Positions 39,570 to 53,056 are shown, numbered from the stretch's first letter. The stretch is DNA of 64,000 nucleotides from Octopus sinensis (GCF_006345805.1 NC_043018.1:5704001-5768000), one strand, 5' to 3'. The notes: generated by a model not told the origin, from the letters alone. Program-made: numbers and translations.

Positions 39570-40190
39570 GTGCATGGCTCAGTGGTTAGAGCTCATAATC
39601 ATGAGGTAGTGAGTTCAATTCCTGGAGTGGGTTGTGTTGTGTTCTTGAGCAAGACACTTTATTTGACATTGCTCCACTCAGCTGTAGAAATGAGTTGTGA
39701 CATCACTGGTGCCAAGCTGTATTGGCCTTTGCCCTTCCCTTGGATAACATTGGTAGTGTGGAGAGTGGAGGCCGGTATGCATGGGCGACTACTGGTCTTA
39801 AATAAACAACCTTGTGACTCGGAGGGTAACTTTCTAGGTGCAATCCCATGGTCATTCATGACTGAAGGGGGTCTTTACCCTTTACTCTATGTACATGTAC
39901 TGGTGTGGAGAGGTGAGATTGGTATGACGGGCAACTGCTAGTCTTCCGTAAACAACCTTGCCTGGACTTGTGCCTCAGCGGGTAACTTTCTAGGTGCAAT
40001 CCCATGGTCATTCATGACTGAAGGGATTCTTTACTCTTGACCTTATATATATATGGTGTGGAAAGAGAAGGCTGGTATACATAGACAACTGCTGGTCTTC
40101 CGTAAACAACCATGCCCAGATTTGTACCTCAGAGGGTAACTTTTCTAAGTGCAATTCCATGCTCATTCATGACCGAAAGGGGTTTATTTT
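39570..40190 (+). mobile_element. SINE family D with two extra tandem copies of its 3' module
   Basis: Head gcatggctcagtggttagagc..gagttcaattcc. Module ending gtcattcatgac(c/t)gaaggg occurs three times. Confidence 0.8.
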
Positions 40191-40442
40191 ACATTTGACA
40201 GAGTAATTTAAATGCTAAAGGGTTAAATTAGTCTTTTGGTTGGGTTTCAGGTAGAAGAAATTAGGGAACAGATCAAAGAGAAGACTAGTATCTGCTTGAA
40301 CTGTATGTTGGTAATATTGTTAAATTTGAAGAGCAGTTTTCTCTCCCCCATCACCACAGCATCTGCTTATGTCCATGTCTTTTATATCTCACCTAATGAT
40401 TTATGCTGAGCTTGGGAAAGATAAATTAAGTGTTGTGCACTT

Positions 40443-40875
40443 TTGGGGAAAGGGAATTTTGTTGTTCAAACTTTCAATGGCTCAGAAACCTGGATGTTAT
40501 CAAAGAAGCTTGAGAGGCGGTTGGATGGAACTTACACTCGCCTCCTTATGAGAGCTCAAAATCTCTTGTGGAAGCATCATCCAACCAAAGTACAACTATA
40601 TGGGAAACTACCACCTGTATCATCTCTTGTGAAAGGTAGAAGAGTCCAGTTTGCCGGACATTGTTGTAGAGCTGAAAACGAGGTAATTTCTACTCTTCTC
40701 CTCTGGAAGCCATCTGCTCGCAATACCAGAGTGCGCACACTCTCCTACCCTAATGTAATCTCCAGGGATACAGGCATCCAGCAACAGAACCTCTGTAATG
40801 CTATGATGGACCGTGAAGTCTGGCGTAACATGGTAAATTCCATTGTCTCGACCACGGTCGAACAATGATGATGAT
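40443..40875 (+). mobile_element. RTE-clade LINE 3' fragment
   Basis: GSETWMLSKKLERRLDGTYTRLL..RRVQFAGHC..DREVWR..TTVEQ* followed by (TGA)n. Confidence 0.88.
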
Positions 40876-42599
40876 GGAGACAGGTGTTCTTAGATATTGG
40901 AGAACTGAAGAGCATGCGATTTCCAGAGGTTTGTGGGTTATAGATTCCAAATCCTTTCTCTTTAATGGGGATAGATTTTTCACTTTTTAATGAGGAAAAC
41001 AGTTGATCTTATTAAAATCACCATTTATCTCCCATTTTTTCAAAGTTAACAGGCTCCTGCTACCCATTTTAACTGTTTTCAGTCAAGTTAAAGCGCCTCA
41101 TCACTCTTTTCCTACTTCTAGATGAGCTCATATTTCTGTATGTTTACAGTCAGCTTGGCTATACAAATGTTTCAGCCACTCCCTTCCATCATAGGCCATT
41201 TTATTTTATAGGGTGCAATTATAGGAAGCTCCATATAGAATTTTCATTGTTGGGGTTGTTAGAGTCTAAAGAGAGTGTATACTTTTACATTTGAATGAAA
41301 CTATAAACAACATATTTTACTTCAGTTTGGATTTCAGCTGTGATATTTTAAAGCTTTCACCTCTTGTCCTGTTCTTGCCAAAGTTTAGTTAATTATTGAA
41401 TATTGGTTTCAAATTTTGGCACAAGTCCAGTAATTTCAGGGAACAGGGTAAGTTGATTAAATCAACCCCAGTCCTCTACTGGTATTTCTTTTACCTACCC
41501 CAAAGTTGACCTCAGTAGAATTTGAACTAAAAGTGTAAAGCTAGACGAATGAAATACCATTAAGCATTTTGTCTGGCATTTTAACGACTCTGTCACTTTG
41601 CTGCCTTAGTTAATATGATGCAAAAAAAAATATAACATAAACACAAAATATAAAAGAAATCAAACAAATTAAGTGTTTAGGTTTGTGCTTAACAAATAGA
41701 GCTAAAAAGGAAAGGAAAAGTCTTTTACATTTCCAGTATACACTCTTCTAAAAAAATTGACAAGAAAAAAATGGAAAACAAAAAATGTTATATTATGATA
41801 TTTTTATTGCTAGTTCACTCTTTTTACAGTTTTTTTTTAGATTTGTGAAAACCTAAAAACTAATTGTTATTCAGACAAAACTTGAAAAGTATGAAAGCTA
41901 AAAAAACTGAATTTTCTCTCAAAAAGTTAAAATTTTATAAATTTATAAATAAAGGTAAATTATATAAAAATGCCAATAAGGAACTCTGGACAGAAGTTAA
42001 TATAAGAGCAGTAGATGGCTTTAATAATCCTTTCTACTATAGGCACATGGCCTGAAATTTTATGAGAGGGGACTAGTTGATTACATTGACCCCAGTGTTT
42101 CACTGGTACTTAATTCATCGACACCAAAAGGATGAAAGGCAAAGTCAACCTCAGCAGAATTTGATCTCAGAACGTTAAGATGGGTGAAATACCCCCTAGT
42201 ATTTTTCCTGGGGTGCTAACTAATCTGCCAGCTCACTCTTTGCTGTACTATGTACCAGATATGAGTCAAACAGTTTGAGGCAAAAGGGGCCTGATCACAT
42301 TCTCAAGAAACACCTTGAAACTGTGAGTCCCCTTGTTAACATGGTGTTTGGAAATGGAAATTTTAGATGTCTGAAAAATGGTCTTAATTTTTTCTAAATA
42401 TGGTTGATATGGACACCACCACCCTCATTTTAATTCTCACTACATTCTGGGGGCTGCAATTCTTCTTATGAAAAATGCTGGTATGATGTATCCTGTATGT
42501 GAATGGAATTATAATTGAACAACTAAGAAACAAGTTAAGTGGTTGGGAATGGTTTGAGTTGAGAGCAGGAACCAATTGCATGTCTTTAAGAATTTGTAT

Positions 42600-42930
42600 T
42601 TCTTTACTACCCACAAGGGGCTAAACACAGAAGGGACAAACAAGGACAGGCAAAGGGATTAAGTCGATTATATCGACCCCAGTGCGTAACTGGTACTTTA
42701 TTTATCGATCCCGAAAGGATGAAAGGCAAAGTCGACCTCGGTGAAATTTGAACTCAGAATGTAAAGACAGACGAAATACCTATTTCTTTATTACCCACAA
42801 GGGACTAAACACAGAGAGGACAAACAAGGACAGACAAATGGATTAAGTCGATTATATCGACCCCAGTGCGTAACTGGTACTTATTTAATTGACCCTGAAA
42901 GGATGAAAGGCAAAGTCGACCTCGGGGCAA
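42600..42930 (-). mobile_element. SINE A tandem bodies (5'-truncated dimer)
   Basis: Junction gaaatac|ctatttc at about 42780. Confidence 0.85.
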
Positions 42931-43589
42931 AAAAACTAGTGAAGTATGTTGTTCTGCTCGTATTTACTTACTTTGATCCCAGTGCGTAACTGGTACTTAT
43001 TGTTTTTTTTTGCTGGATGAAGTTTTACCTTGTGTTTATAAATAATAACAGCTCTATTATTTGAACTGGTGTAAAGTCCAGATAAGATAAATAATCACCC
43101 TAATTTCTATATTTAATGATAATAGGAGTTAAACTTTTTTTTTCTTTCTTTATATATATGTATGAATGTGTGTGTGTGTGTGTTTCTCTCTCTCTCTCTA
43201 ATATATATATTACTTATATATATATACTTATATATATATTATATATATATATATATATATAATATATATATATATTGTATAAGTGTGTCTGTAGATAATA
43301 AAGTACTTTGTTAGTTTGAATACTTTGTATTTATTACACATAAGTTTCCTGATTGTCTGCCTTCGTTATGAATCGGCTGTTGTTGTGAAACCAAGATAAC
43401 TGAACTTTCTCTATTGTCTCAAAACGTGTGTGTGTGTGTGTGCATGGGAGTGCTCTGTGTGTCTGTGCGTGCGTGTGTAGGATGGTTCTATGTCTGTGTG
43501 TTAAAATTAAACTAATGGGGTGACAGAAAAAGTAGTGTGATAGACTAGCATAATTTTGTAACATATTGTTTCTGAGTTACTTTCTTTCT

Positions 43590-43975
43590 CTTTTACTTGT
43601 TTCAGTCATTTGACTGCGGCCATGCTGGAGCACCGCCTTTAGTCGAGTAAATCGACCCCGGGACTTATTCTTTGTAAGCCCAGTACTTATTCTATCGGTC
43701 TCTTTTGCTGAACCGCTAAGTGACAGGGACGTAAACACACCAGCATCAGTTGTCAAGCAATGCTAAGGGGACAAACACAAACATATACACACACATATAT
43801 ATATATATACATATATACGACAGGCTTCTTTCAGTCTCCGTCTACCAAATCCACTCACAAGGCATTAGTCGGCCCGGGGCTATAGCAGAAGACACTTGCC
43901 CAAGATGCCACACAGTGGGACTGAACCTGGAACCATGTGGTTGGTTAGCAAGCTACTTACCACACAGCCACTTCT
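43590..43975 (-). mobile_element. SINE family B, full length
   Basis: Consensus match. Confidence 0.9.
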
Positions 43976-44349
43976 GTGCCAGATTTTTTTTTTCAAAGTT
44001 TTAAGAATACATTTACTATCAGTGAAGGCGTGTGGCTTAGTGGATAAGATGTTCGGCTCACAATCATATCGTCGTGTGTTCAATTCCTGGTGGCATGTTG
44101 TCTCCTTCAGCATGACACTTTATTTCACAATACACCAGTCCACTCAGCTGGTAAATATTAGTTGTACCTGTAACTCATAAGAGCCAGCCTCATAACATTG
44201 TGTCACACTAAATCTCCCTGAAAACTATGTCAAGGGTATGCGTGTCTGTGGAGTACTCAACCACTTGCATGTTAATTTCACGAGCAGGCTGTTCCATTGA
44301 TTGAATCAATGGGAACACTTGTCATTGTAACAGAAAGCGTGTTCAGTAA

Positions 44350-45421
44350 TTATCAGTAATATGCACAATCCATCCATCTTCTCCATCCACTAATCCTGGA
44401 GATGTTTTGGTGGTAGAGTCATCAGACACTCCTCTGTAATGTCCTATCAGAAGTGACCATCATTACACTTTCCGGCCGGAATCCCAAGCATAACCAACTG
44501 AGACTATGGATATCATCAGACCTATTTCTTTTACTACCCACAAGGGGCTAAACACAGAGAGGACAAACAAGGACAGACAAACGGATTAAGTCGATTACAT
44601 CGACCCCAGTGTGTAACTGGTACTTAATTTATCGACCCCGAAAGGATGAAAGGCAAAGTCGACCTCAGCGGAATTTGAACTCAGAACGTAGTGGCAGACA
44701 AAATACCTATTTCTTTACTACCCACAAGGGGCTAAACACAGAGAGGACAAACGGATTAAGTCGATTACATCGACCCCAGTGCGTAACTGGTACTTAATTT
44801 ATCAACCCCGAAAGGATGAAAGGCATAGTCGACCTCAGCAGAATTTGAACTCAGAACGTAACGGCAGACGAAATACGGCTACGCATTTCTTCCGGCGTGC
44901 CAGCTCGCCACCTTATTATGGATATCATCAAACCATCTTGGTGTTGGTCTAATTTTAGGCCTTCTACAATCTGTGAGGGTAGAGCCCTCAAGCACCTCCT
45001 CCATAGGGTCCTATCAGAATTCACCATTATCAGACTTTATGACTGGATTCCCAATCATGACCTATTGAGAATATGGATACCATCAAACCATCTTGCTCTT
45101 GGTCTTGGTCTACCCTTAGTTGGCTCATCTTGAAGAATCTGTTTTGTGATTCTTTTCTGTGACATTTTAATCACATCTGTAGTACTGAAGTTGTCACCTC
45201 TCAATGCATAGAAGTTGCGGTTCGACCTAGAGAGACTCCCTGGTCTTCAGGCTATGCCCTCTGTTGAGTAACATTACTTTAGAGATCCTTGAAAGGAACC
45301 CCGTTTTGGTTGCTTGTATTTGCAATTGTAGTCTTTCGGTCATTCTCCAACATTTATGACCATAGGTAAGGACTGGCACAAAAATCAAATTGAAGATAGC
45401 AAGTTTGGCTTTTTTTACCAA
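44350..45421 (-). mobile_element. RTE (Expander/Rex3-like) LINE 3' relic hosting the SINE A multimer
   Basis: LAIFNLIFVPVLTYGHKCWRMTER..QIQA..FLSRI matches Rex3-type IY.SIYVPTLTYGHE.WVMTER. Confidence 0.75.
44519..44916 (-). mobile_element. SINE A multimer with a single 14-bp TSD
   Basis: TSD tatggatatcatca at 44505-44518 and 44917-44930 encloses the head plus two bodies. Confidence 0.88.
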
Positions 45422-46403
45422 AATCGATAGAATAAGTACTAGGCTTACAAAGAATAAGTCTTGTGGTCGATTTGCTCAACTAAAGGCAGTGCTCCAGCAT
45501 GGCTGCAGTCAATTGACTGAAACAAGTAAAAGAGTATCTCATAACTTAAAAATGTTGATGAAATAAATATTGTTTTATTTTTTAAATTGACACTGTGGGA
45601 TAGGTGTGATAGGTAGGATCTGGTTCATTCAAAAATATAGTAGGCTGAATATTTTGCCCAGATATGGTCAGTTCAATTGCAAAAGGTTTAAAACTTCTCC
45701 CCTGCCTCAGTGATGTTCTACTAAAAAATGCAGAATGCTTTAGGAAGACTTTTTTTTTGAGAGAACCACTCTACTAAATTGTTGTGGTGGAATTATTTTA
45801 TTGTCTCTTGGTTGAATTTGAATGTTAACAGATGGACTGAGATACTAAAAGACACTTGTTTCTACTACTTCACTGACTGAGAAATAAGCATTGGTGAAAC
45901 ATTGGTAGAAATATCGGATAAGATAAAAAAAAAAGTAGTACATGGTTTTTATCAGATTTTGTTTACATTTATAGAAGAATAAAAATTGAAAAGCAAAATA
46001 CAGCTTAATGGTCTTAATTATGAACCAAAATCAATAATTTGTTAAAAGCTGGTTTAGCCATATTTATTTTAAGAGAAACAGAAAAAAGAAACAACAAAAA
46101 AAAAAAATAGATAGAAAGCAGAATGATTTTTTTGATTAAAAATAGACAAAGTTAGCAAGCTGGTAGAAGTCTTCGCATACCAGACAAACTGATAATTGGT
46201 GTTTTGTCGGTCTTGTTCTGAGTTCAAATTTCATTCTTTTGTGGTCAATAAAATAAGTGTGCCAAAATATGAAAGAATTATTAAAACTAGACAAACATAG
46301 GCAGAGGAATAGCTGTGTGGTTAAGCTTGCTTTGCAACCCACACCTGATATACATTGTTGTTTTTGCTTTTGCTTTAATGGAATGGATTCTTGCCTTCAC
46401 ATA

Positions 46404-46621
46404 TAAGGGGGTGCTGAAAAGTTCCTGGTTTTAAGGGTGTTGCAAAAAGTTTGGTTGGAGGTCCCAGCCTTCTGACTCCTTTTACGGGGCTTAAAAAAAC
46501 TGAAGGACCAATGCAATAAGTGTGTGAATTTGAGAAAGGAATATGTTGAATAAAATCATAATTAACTGATTCTCCTGTATTTTCTTTTACCCAAAGCCAG
46601 GAACTTTCCAGCTCCCCTTCA
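46404..46621. mobile_element. mariner-type MITE, 218 bp
   Basis: TA-flanked; TIR taagggggtgctgaaaagttcctgg / ccaggaactttccagctccccttca. Confidence 0.8.
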
Positions 46622-47090
46622 TATCTTTCGTTTTCTTCAAGGGTATTACATATTTTTATGTTAGGGTGGCAAGCTGGCAGACACATTAGCACGCCGGGCG
46701 AAATGCTTAGCGGTATTTTGTCTGTCGCTACGTTCTGAGTTCAAATTCCGCTGAGGTCGAACTGAAGACCTTTTGAGTGATACCATTTTCCCAAATGAAT
46801 AAATAAAATTGAATATTAAGTATTTATGAAATTTTGATTTACTGTCGGGTGACTTTTGGCCAAACCTGAGGATGGATGGATGGATGGATGGGTGGGTGGG
46901 TGTTTCATGTGCATTACTGTCTCCTTGCCCCTGACATTGCACTCTGTAAAAAACATTTCTGGCCTTGGGGAAATATTACCTTACTTAGGAACAGGTGAGA
47001 GTTGCCTTCCTTGGCAACAGGGAGGAAAGGCATCCAGCCACAGAAAATCTGTTTTGGAAAATTCTGTCTGACCCATGCAGACATGAAAAA

Positions 47091-47499
47091 TGCAATGTAT
47101 GAGGGAATTTGGCATCACTTTTGTCTCCAACAATTCGGTGCGACACCAGTGCAGAATCACCTCCAAGACGTCTGCGTTGGCTGGGTCATGCTCTCCATCG
47201 TCAACCAGGAGAATTCATCTACGAAGCAATTGCCCCAGCTCCCCTTCAGGGTTGGCGAAAGCGATGTGGTGGACAACGAAAAACCTGGCTGATGACCGTC
47301 AAGGCTGATCTGGAACCCAACCTAGGCCCCCATGTCTACGGCGTTCACCACTGGAATAGGGAGTGGTTGGAGATCACGCTGTCGTTAGCCTCAAATCGCC
47401 AGGCCTGGTCGGCGTTTGTGAGAGATGCAGCATTGAGGATGAATGAAGCCAGCTCAACCTACCCCGGGTGAATGCTGTCTCAAGACAAGAAAAGAAGAA
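47091..47499 (+). mobile_element. RTE-clade LINE 3' fragment (distinct lineage) with 12-bp TSD, nested in another RTE tail
   Basis: RRLRWLGHALHR..GWRKRCGGQRKTW..DLEP.LGP.VYG..WNREW..LASNRQAW; TSD agacatgaaaaa at 47079-47090 and 47500-47511. Confidence 0.85.
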
Positions 47500-48504
47500 A
47501 GACATGAAAAAGTGGACGTTAAAACAATTATGACGATGATACAGTAATCCATTTGTTTTCCATTTATTTATTGTGTCTTAGATCTAAAAGTCAATAAAGT
47601 AAGAATGAGAATCCCTTGGGAAATTCTCTCCTCCCTACGCCGATATCTGGCCACTTCATTTGACCCTTGAAACTATATACCACATCCTATCAACATGCAA
47701 ACTACAAACCAATGCGTGAGCCTCTACATGGTTGCTCTGCCTGCTAGAAATTGCAGCCAAATTCCCTCATACATTGCATTTAAGCATTTGTGGAAGATTT
47801 GGCTGCTATTTCTATTTGTTACCACCCTGTCTTTATAAGGCTCTACGAATAGATGGACAACACTATTTAGTATCCTATAGTAGATAATATTGCATAGAAC
47901 AACATTATTTAATTTAAGACAGTATAGTATGGCCTGAGAAAGATTTAGCTGCTATTTCTAGCTGTAACCATCCTGTATTTATTAGGATATATATATATAT
48001 ATATATTATTAGGATGATGATAGTACAACGTAAGTTAATGTGTCCATATAAAAAGACACTAGGGTATGATTTGAGGGAGATTTGGCTGCTATTTCTAGTC
48101 ATAGGCTAATTACATGGAGTCTTCCTTATTGCTTCGAGTGCTTAAGAGTTTGTTTTGCTGGAAAACACATAGATGGTGTTTGTGTCCAGAAAGTGTTAAA
48201 ATGGTTTTGTGATTATATTTTCAGAGCTTTACAATATTGTCGTATATTTTTTGACACCTATTAGCAGAGACATACTTTGATTACAAGTATCCACTAAACT
48301 TTATATTGACAGATAGTAACGCAGAGAAGACACTCAGTCAATCCATGTGTGAATTATATGGCCTGGCATAATGGATTATTTGAAATGACAAAGACTTTAT
48401 TACCTTGGAGACCAACACTATAGTGACAGTCGTTAGTGGTAGCTGTCAAACAATTGAGGTTTTTTAGTAACCGATTAGAAGAAATATTAACAATATGTCT
48501 GGCT

Positions 48505-48890
48505 TTATTTACTTGTTTCAGTCATTTGACTGCGGCCATGCTGGAGCACCGCCTTTAGTTGAGCAAATCGACCCCGGGACTTATTCTTTGTAAGCCCAGT
48601 ACTTATTCTATCGGTCTCTTTTGCCGAACACACCAGCATCGGTTGTCAAGCAATGCTAGGGGGACAAACACAGACAAACAAACACATACACACACACATT
48701 TATATATATATATATACATATATATGACAGGCTTCTTTCAGTTTCCGTCTACCAAATCCACTCACAAGGCATTGATCGGCCCGGTGCTATAGCAGAAGAC
48801 ACTTGCCCAAGATGCCACGCAGTGGGACTGAACCCAGAACCATGTGGTTGGTTAGCAAGCTACTTACCACACAGCCACTCCTGCGCCTAT
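48505..48890 (-). mobile_element. SINE family B
   Basis: Consensus match with an internal deletion. Confidence 0.85.
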
Positions 48891-49404
48891 GATATTTTTT
48901 GTAAAATATTTTATGTTATGGAACAGTTAAGTGTCTGGGCATGGCTGAGTGGTAAGAAGTTTGCTTTCCTCTTTCATGGTTCTGGGTTCAGTTCCACTGT
49001 GTGGTGTCTTCTACTATAGCCTCAGGCTGACCAAAGCCTTGTAAGTGGATTTGGTTGACAGAAACTGAAAGAAGCCCATCGTGTTGATTTGTTTACATTC
49101 CTGTAACTTAGTAGTTCTGCTGAAGAGACTGACAGAATAAGAACAAGGCTTTAAAGAAAAAAAAAGACATGTTTTTCATAGAAGGCTGGAAATTTGCAAC
49201 GTTGCTTGTATGAAGGTGATGCTTATTGAAAACTATGTCTAGAAAAGGGTACAGATACACACACCATCACCATCATCATCATTTAGCATCTGCTTTCCAT
49301 ACTGGTATGGGTTAGATAGTTTGACTGCAACTGGCAAGATGTAGAGCTGCACCAAGTTCCAGCTTCGTTTGGTATGGTTTCTATGGTTGGATGCCCCACC
49401 TAAT

Positions 49405-50042
49405 ACCTATTTCTTTATTACCCACCAGGGGCTAAACATAGAGGGGACAAACAAAGACAGACATAGGTATTAAGTCGATTACATCGACCCCAGTACGTAA
49501 CTGGTACTTAATTTATCAACCCCGAAAAAGCACCATCCATACGTGGCCGATGCCAGCACTGCCTTGACTGGCTTCCGTGTCGGTGGCACATAAAAAGCAC
49601 CAACAGTTCGTGGCTGTAGCCAGCCTATCCTGGCACGTAAAAAGCACCATCCATACGTGGCCGATGCCAGTGTTCCCTTGACTGGCTTCTGTGTCGGTGG
49701 CACATAAAAACCACCAACCGATCGTGGTCGTTGCCAGCATCCCCTGGCATGTAAAAAGCACCCACTACACTCACGGAGTGGTTGGCGTTAAGAAGGGCAT
49801 CCAGCTGTAGAAACAATGCCAGATCAGACTGGAGCCTGGTGCAGCCTCCTGGCTTCCCAGACCCCAGTCGAACCGTCCAACCCATGCTAGCATGGAAAGC
49901 GGACGTTAAACGATGATGATGATGATGAAAGGATGAAAGACAAAGTTGACCTCGGCGGAATTTGAACTCACAACTTAACGACAGACGAAATACGGCTATG
50001 CATTTCGCCTGGCGTGCTAACGTTTCTGCCAGCTCGCTGCCT
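49405..50042. mobile_element. SINE A (minus) split by an RTE 3' UTR insertion (plus, about 49528-49926)
   Basis: SINE A breaks at ccccgaaa and resumes at aggatgaaag after the (GAT)n tail. Confidence 0.8.
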
Positions 50043-51210
50043 TAATACCAACTGCTCTAAGAGTGTAATGGGTACTTATTACGCACCACCATCGTGAGTG
50101 CTTTTATGTGCCACTAGCATGGATGGCAGTTACGGGACACTGGCATCAACCACATTTGGAAGAACATCCAACCATAAAAACTATGCCAAAGCAGACACTA
50201 GAGCTTAACATGGTCTTCTGACTTGCCGGTTCCTGACAAAGCATACGACCAATGTCAGCATGAAAAATGGGCATTAAATGATGATCATGATAGACATACA
50301 TGCAATGGTTTTCTTTCAGTTTCCATTTATCAGTTCCTCTCACGGGGATTTGGTCAGCCTGGGGCTATAGTAGAAGATACTTGCTTGCAGTGCCGTCCAG
50401 CAGAACTGAACTCAAGGCGACATAGTTCAGAAGCTTGCTTCTTAACAACACAGCCACATCTGTGCCTCCACACAGCCACATCTGTGCCTCCACACAGCCA
50501 CATCTGTGCCTCCACACAGCTCTACACACATGCACGCATGCACACACACTCACACACACACACACACACACAAGAAAAATCAGGGTAGTCAGGGTGACCA
50601 AATTAACAGGACACCAGACATAAAGTATTTAGTTTTAATAATATTTGTGGGTAAAACTTTATTTTTCAGTCATATGGTGGCAGGGGAATTGATAAAATAA
50701 AAACTCTACCAGCTGTTACTGTCGAGAAAATTCAGCGAGCTGTTCTGAGTTAAGCCAAACAAACGAAGCTTTTGGTCAGAATGTCTAAATATGACTAAAC
50801 TGTCTAAACAAGAACTGAAATTTGGCACTGAAAACATGTTGATGTACCAAATAGAACGAACAGCTTTCTAAAAATTCTTCCATTTGCTCTCATAGTTCAT
50901 AATATTATGGTTTGATGTTATCAGCTATATTGCTTCTTTTTTTTTTTTTTGTTATATATATAATCGACTTTCTGTAAAAATGCAAACAAAAACTATTGAT
51001 TTTTGAAAAAAAAAAATTCTTTTTTTTTATCTTTTATTTATTTTATTTTATTTTATTTATATATATATATTTTTCACTGTTTTCTCCTTTTTCTGCTTCT
51101 TTCCCTTCAAGTATTTTGCTCTGCTACATTTCTTATAAATCATTGTGCTGCTATTCCCATAGGTGACTGGGTTTCAAATGAAAACTGAAAGAAGCCCATC
51201 GTACACACAC

Positions 51211-51472
51211 ATATTGTTGTGTGGACGCCCCCCCCCCAGATGATGAAGTAGGCTAGCCCAATACGTAGATATAGGGAGAGAAGTCTAGACGTCGGAAGTT
51301 GAGTAGAGGTCATCGGAATGTGCGATATAACATTGGCGACGAAGATGAGTTACTGTTATATCGCACGTTCCGATGACCTCAACTCAACTTCTGACGTCCT
51401 AGACTTCTCCCCCTATATTTACATAATGGGCTAGCCTACTTCATCATCTGGGGACATCCACACAACACATAT
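51211..51472. repeat. Fold-back palindrome, ~120-bp arms and 21-nt loop
   Basis: ccagatgatgaagtaggctagccc..gcgatataaca / tgttatatcgc..gggctagcctacttcatcatctgg. Confidence 0.92.
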
Positions 51473-51486
51473 ATTTGATATATTTA

Positions 51487-51718
51487 AAGGTGGCGAGCTG
51501 GCAGAATCATTAGCATGCCGGGCGAAATGCGTAGTCGTATTTCGTCTGCCATAACGTTCTGAGTTCAAATTCCGCCAAAGTCGACTTTGCCTTTCCTCCT
51601 TTCGGGGTTGATAAATTAAGTACCAGTTACGCACTGGGGTCGATGTAATCGACTTAATCTGTTTGTCTGTCCTTGTTTGTCGCCCTCTATGTTTAGCCCC
51701 TGGTGGGTAATAAAGAAA
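51487..51718 (+). mobile_element. SINE A monomer
   Basis: Complete consensus. Confidence 0.9.
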
Positions 51719-51869
51719 CACATATATTTGATATGGTTGCTCCCATCAATTTCGATGTATGAGTGTTTGAAGGCTGAGGGTTTAAAGAAAAAGAGAAAGC
51801 AACTTTATAAAACAACAGAACAAAAGAAGCTGCATCTCTTGTGCGATGTATTCATGAATATAATTTGAG

Positions 51870-52655
51870 TCCGGGAATGGATTTTGCCATGAAGTCACAA
51901 TGTGGAGTCTGATGATTTTGATTTTGCCTACGACTGGACAAATGTGTCTATTGTTTGCAGGGTATAATTCTTTTATTGTTCCGTTTCTTCAACTGAAATT
52001 GTTTTGATCCATCACGACACATTTTATGCCATCAGTCTGGGCAATGACTTTCCCAAGATGTCAAGTTAAGCTGTAGGAATTTTTGTGGCTGCTTCAACTT
52101 ATCCTTCTACCTAAGGATAGGACTTCCTTTACCACGGCATCACGCTACTTGTTAGCCTTGCAAAAGAGTTTTGGGAATTTTTGGTTGTCTTTCATTCAAA
52201 CATGTCCTACCCGTTTGCACTGAATCCTCATCAGCACATAAAAAGCACCATCCGATCGTGGCTGTTTGCCAGCCTCGCCTGGCACCTGTACCGGTGGTAC
52301 GTAAAAAGCACCCACTACACTCATGGAGTGGTTGGCGTTAGGAAGGGCATCCAGCCGTAGAAACACTGCCAGATCAGACTGGGCCTGGTGCAGCCTTCTG
52401 GCTTCCCAGGCCCCAGTTGAACCGTCCAATCCATGCTAGCATGGAAAGCAGACGCTAAACGATGATGATTATGATGATGGTTTGGATCCTGGAGATATAT
52501 TTTTCTAAGATTTGACATTTGATATCTTATCTTGGCATTCTGTATTCCAAGATATTATGCAGACAGCACATGTGAAAGGTTTCAAGTTTCTTTATATGTC
52601 TGTAGTAAGAAGCCCATGGTTCTGCCCCATACAAAAGTGTACTCAAGATTGCTTT
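51870..52655 (-). mobile_element. Old RTE-BovB-like LINE relic, split by a family C RTE tail (about 52230-52478)
   Basis: AILSTLLYGAEPWASYYRHIKKLETFHMCCLHNIL, then KDKLK..SWESH..WHKMC.DG..F and HICP. Confidence 0.65.
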
Positions 52656-52956
52656 TACTCTCTTTTACTTGTTTCAGTCATTTGACTGCAGCCATGCTGG
52701 AGTACCACCTTTAGTCAAGCAGATCAACCCCAGGACTTATTCTTTGTAAGCCCAGTACTTATTCTATTGGTCTCTTTTGCCAAACCACTAAGTTACGAGG
52801 ATGTAAACATACCACCATCGGTTGTCAAGCGATGTTGGGGCGACAAACACAGACACACAAACATATACACACACATACATACATATATATATACACATAT
52901 ATACAACAGGCTTCTTTCAATTTCTGTCTATCAAATCCACTCACAAGGCTTTGGTC

Positions 52957-53056
52957 NNNNNNNNNNNNNNNNNNNNNNNNNNNNNNNNNNNNNNNNNNNN
53001 NNNNNNNNNNNNNNNNNNNNNNNNNNNNNNNNNNNNNNNNNNNNNNNNNNNNNNNN
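52957..53056. other. Assembly gap (100 N)
   Basis: Exactly 100 Ns, typical of a scaffold join of unknown size. Confidence 0.99.

Noticed and set aside
47520-47584. Possible heparanase terminal exon (acceptor then SKTQ*INGKQM)
   Set aside because: In-frame stop after four codons and it runs into an RTE tail; similarity probably coincidental.
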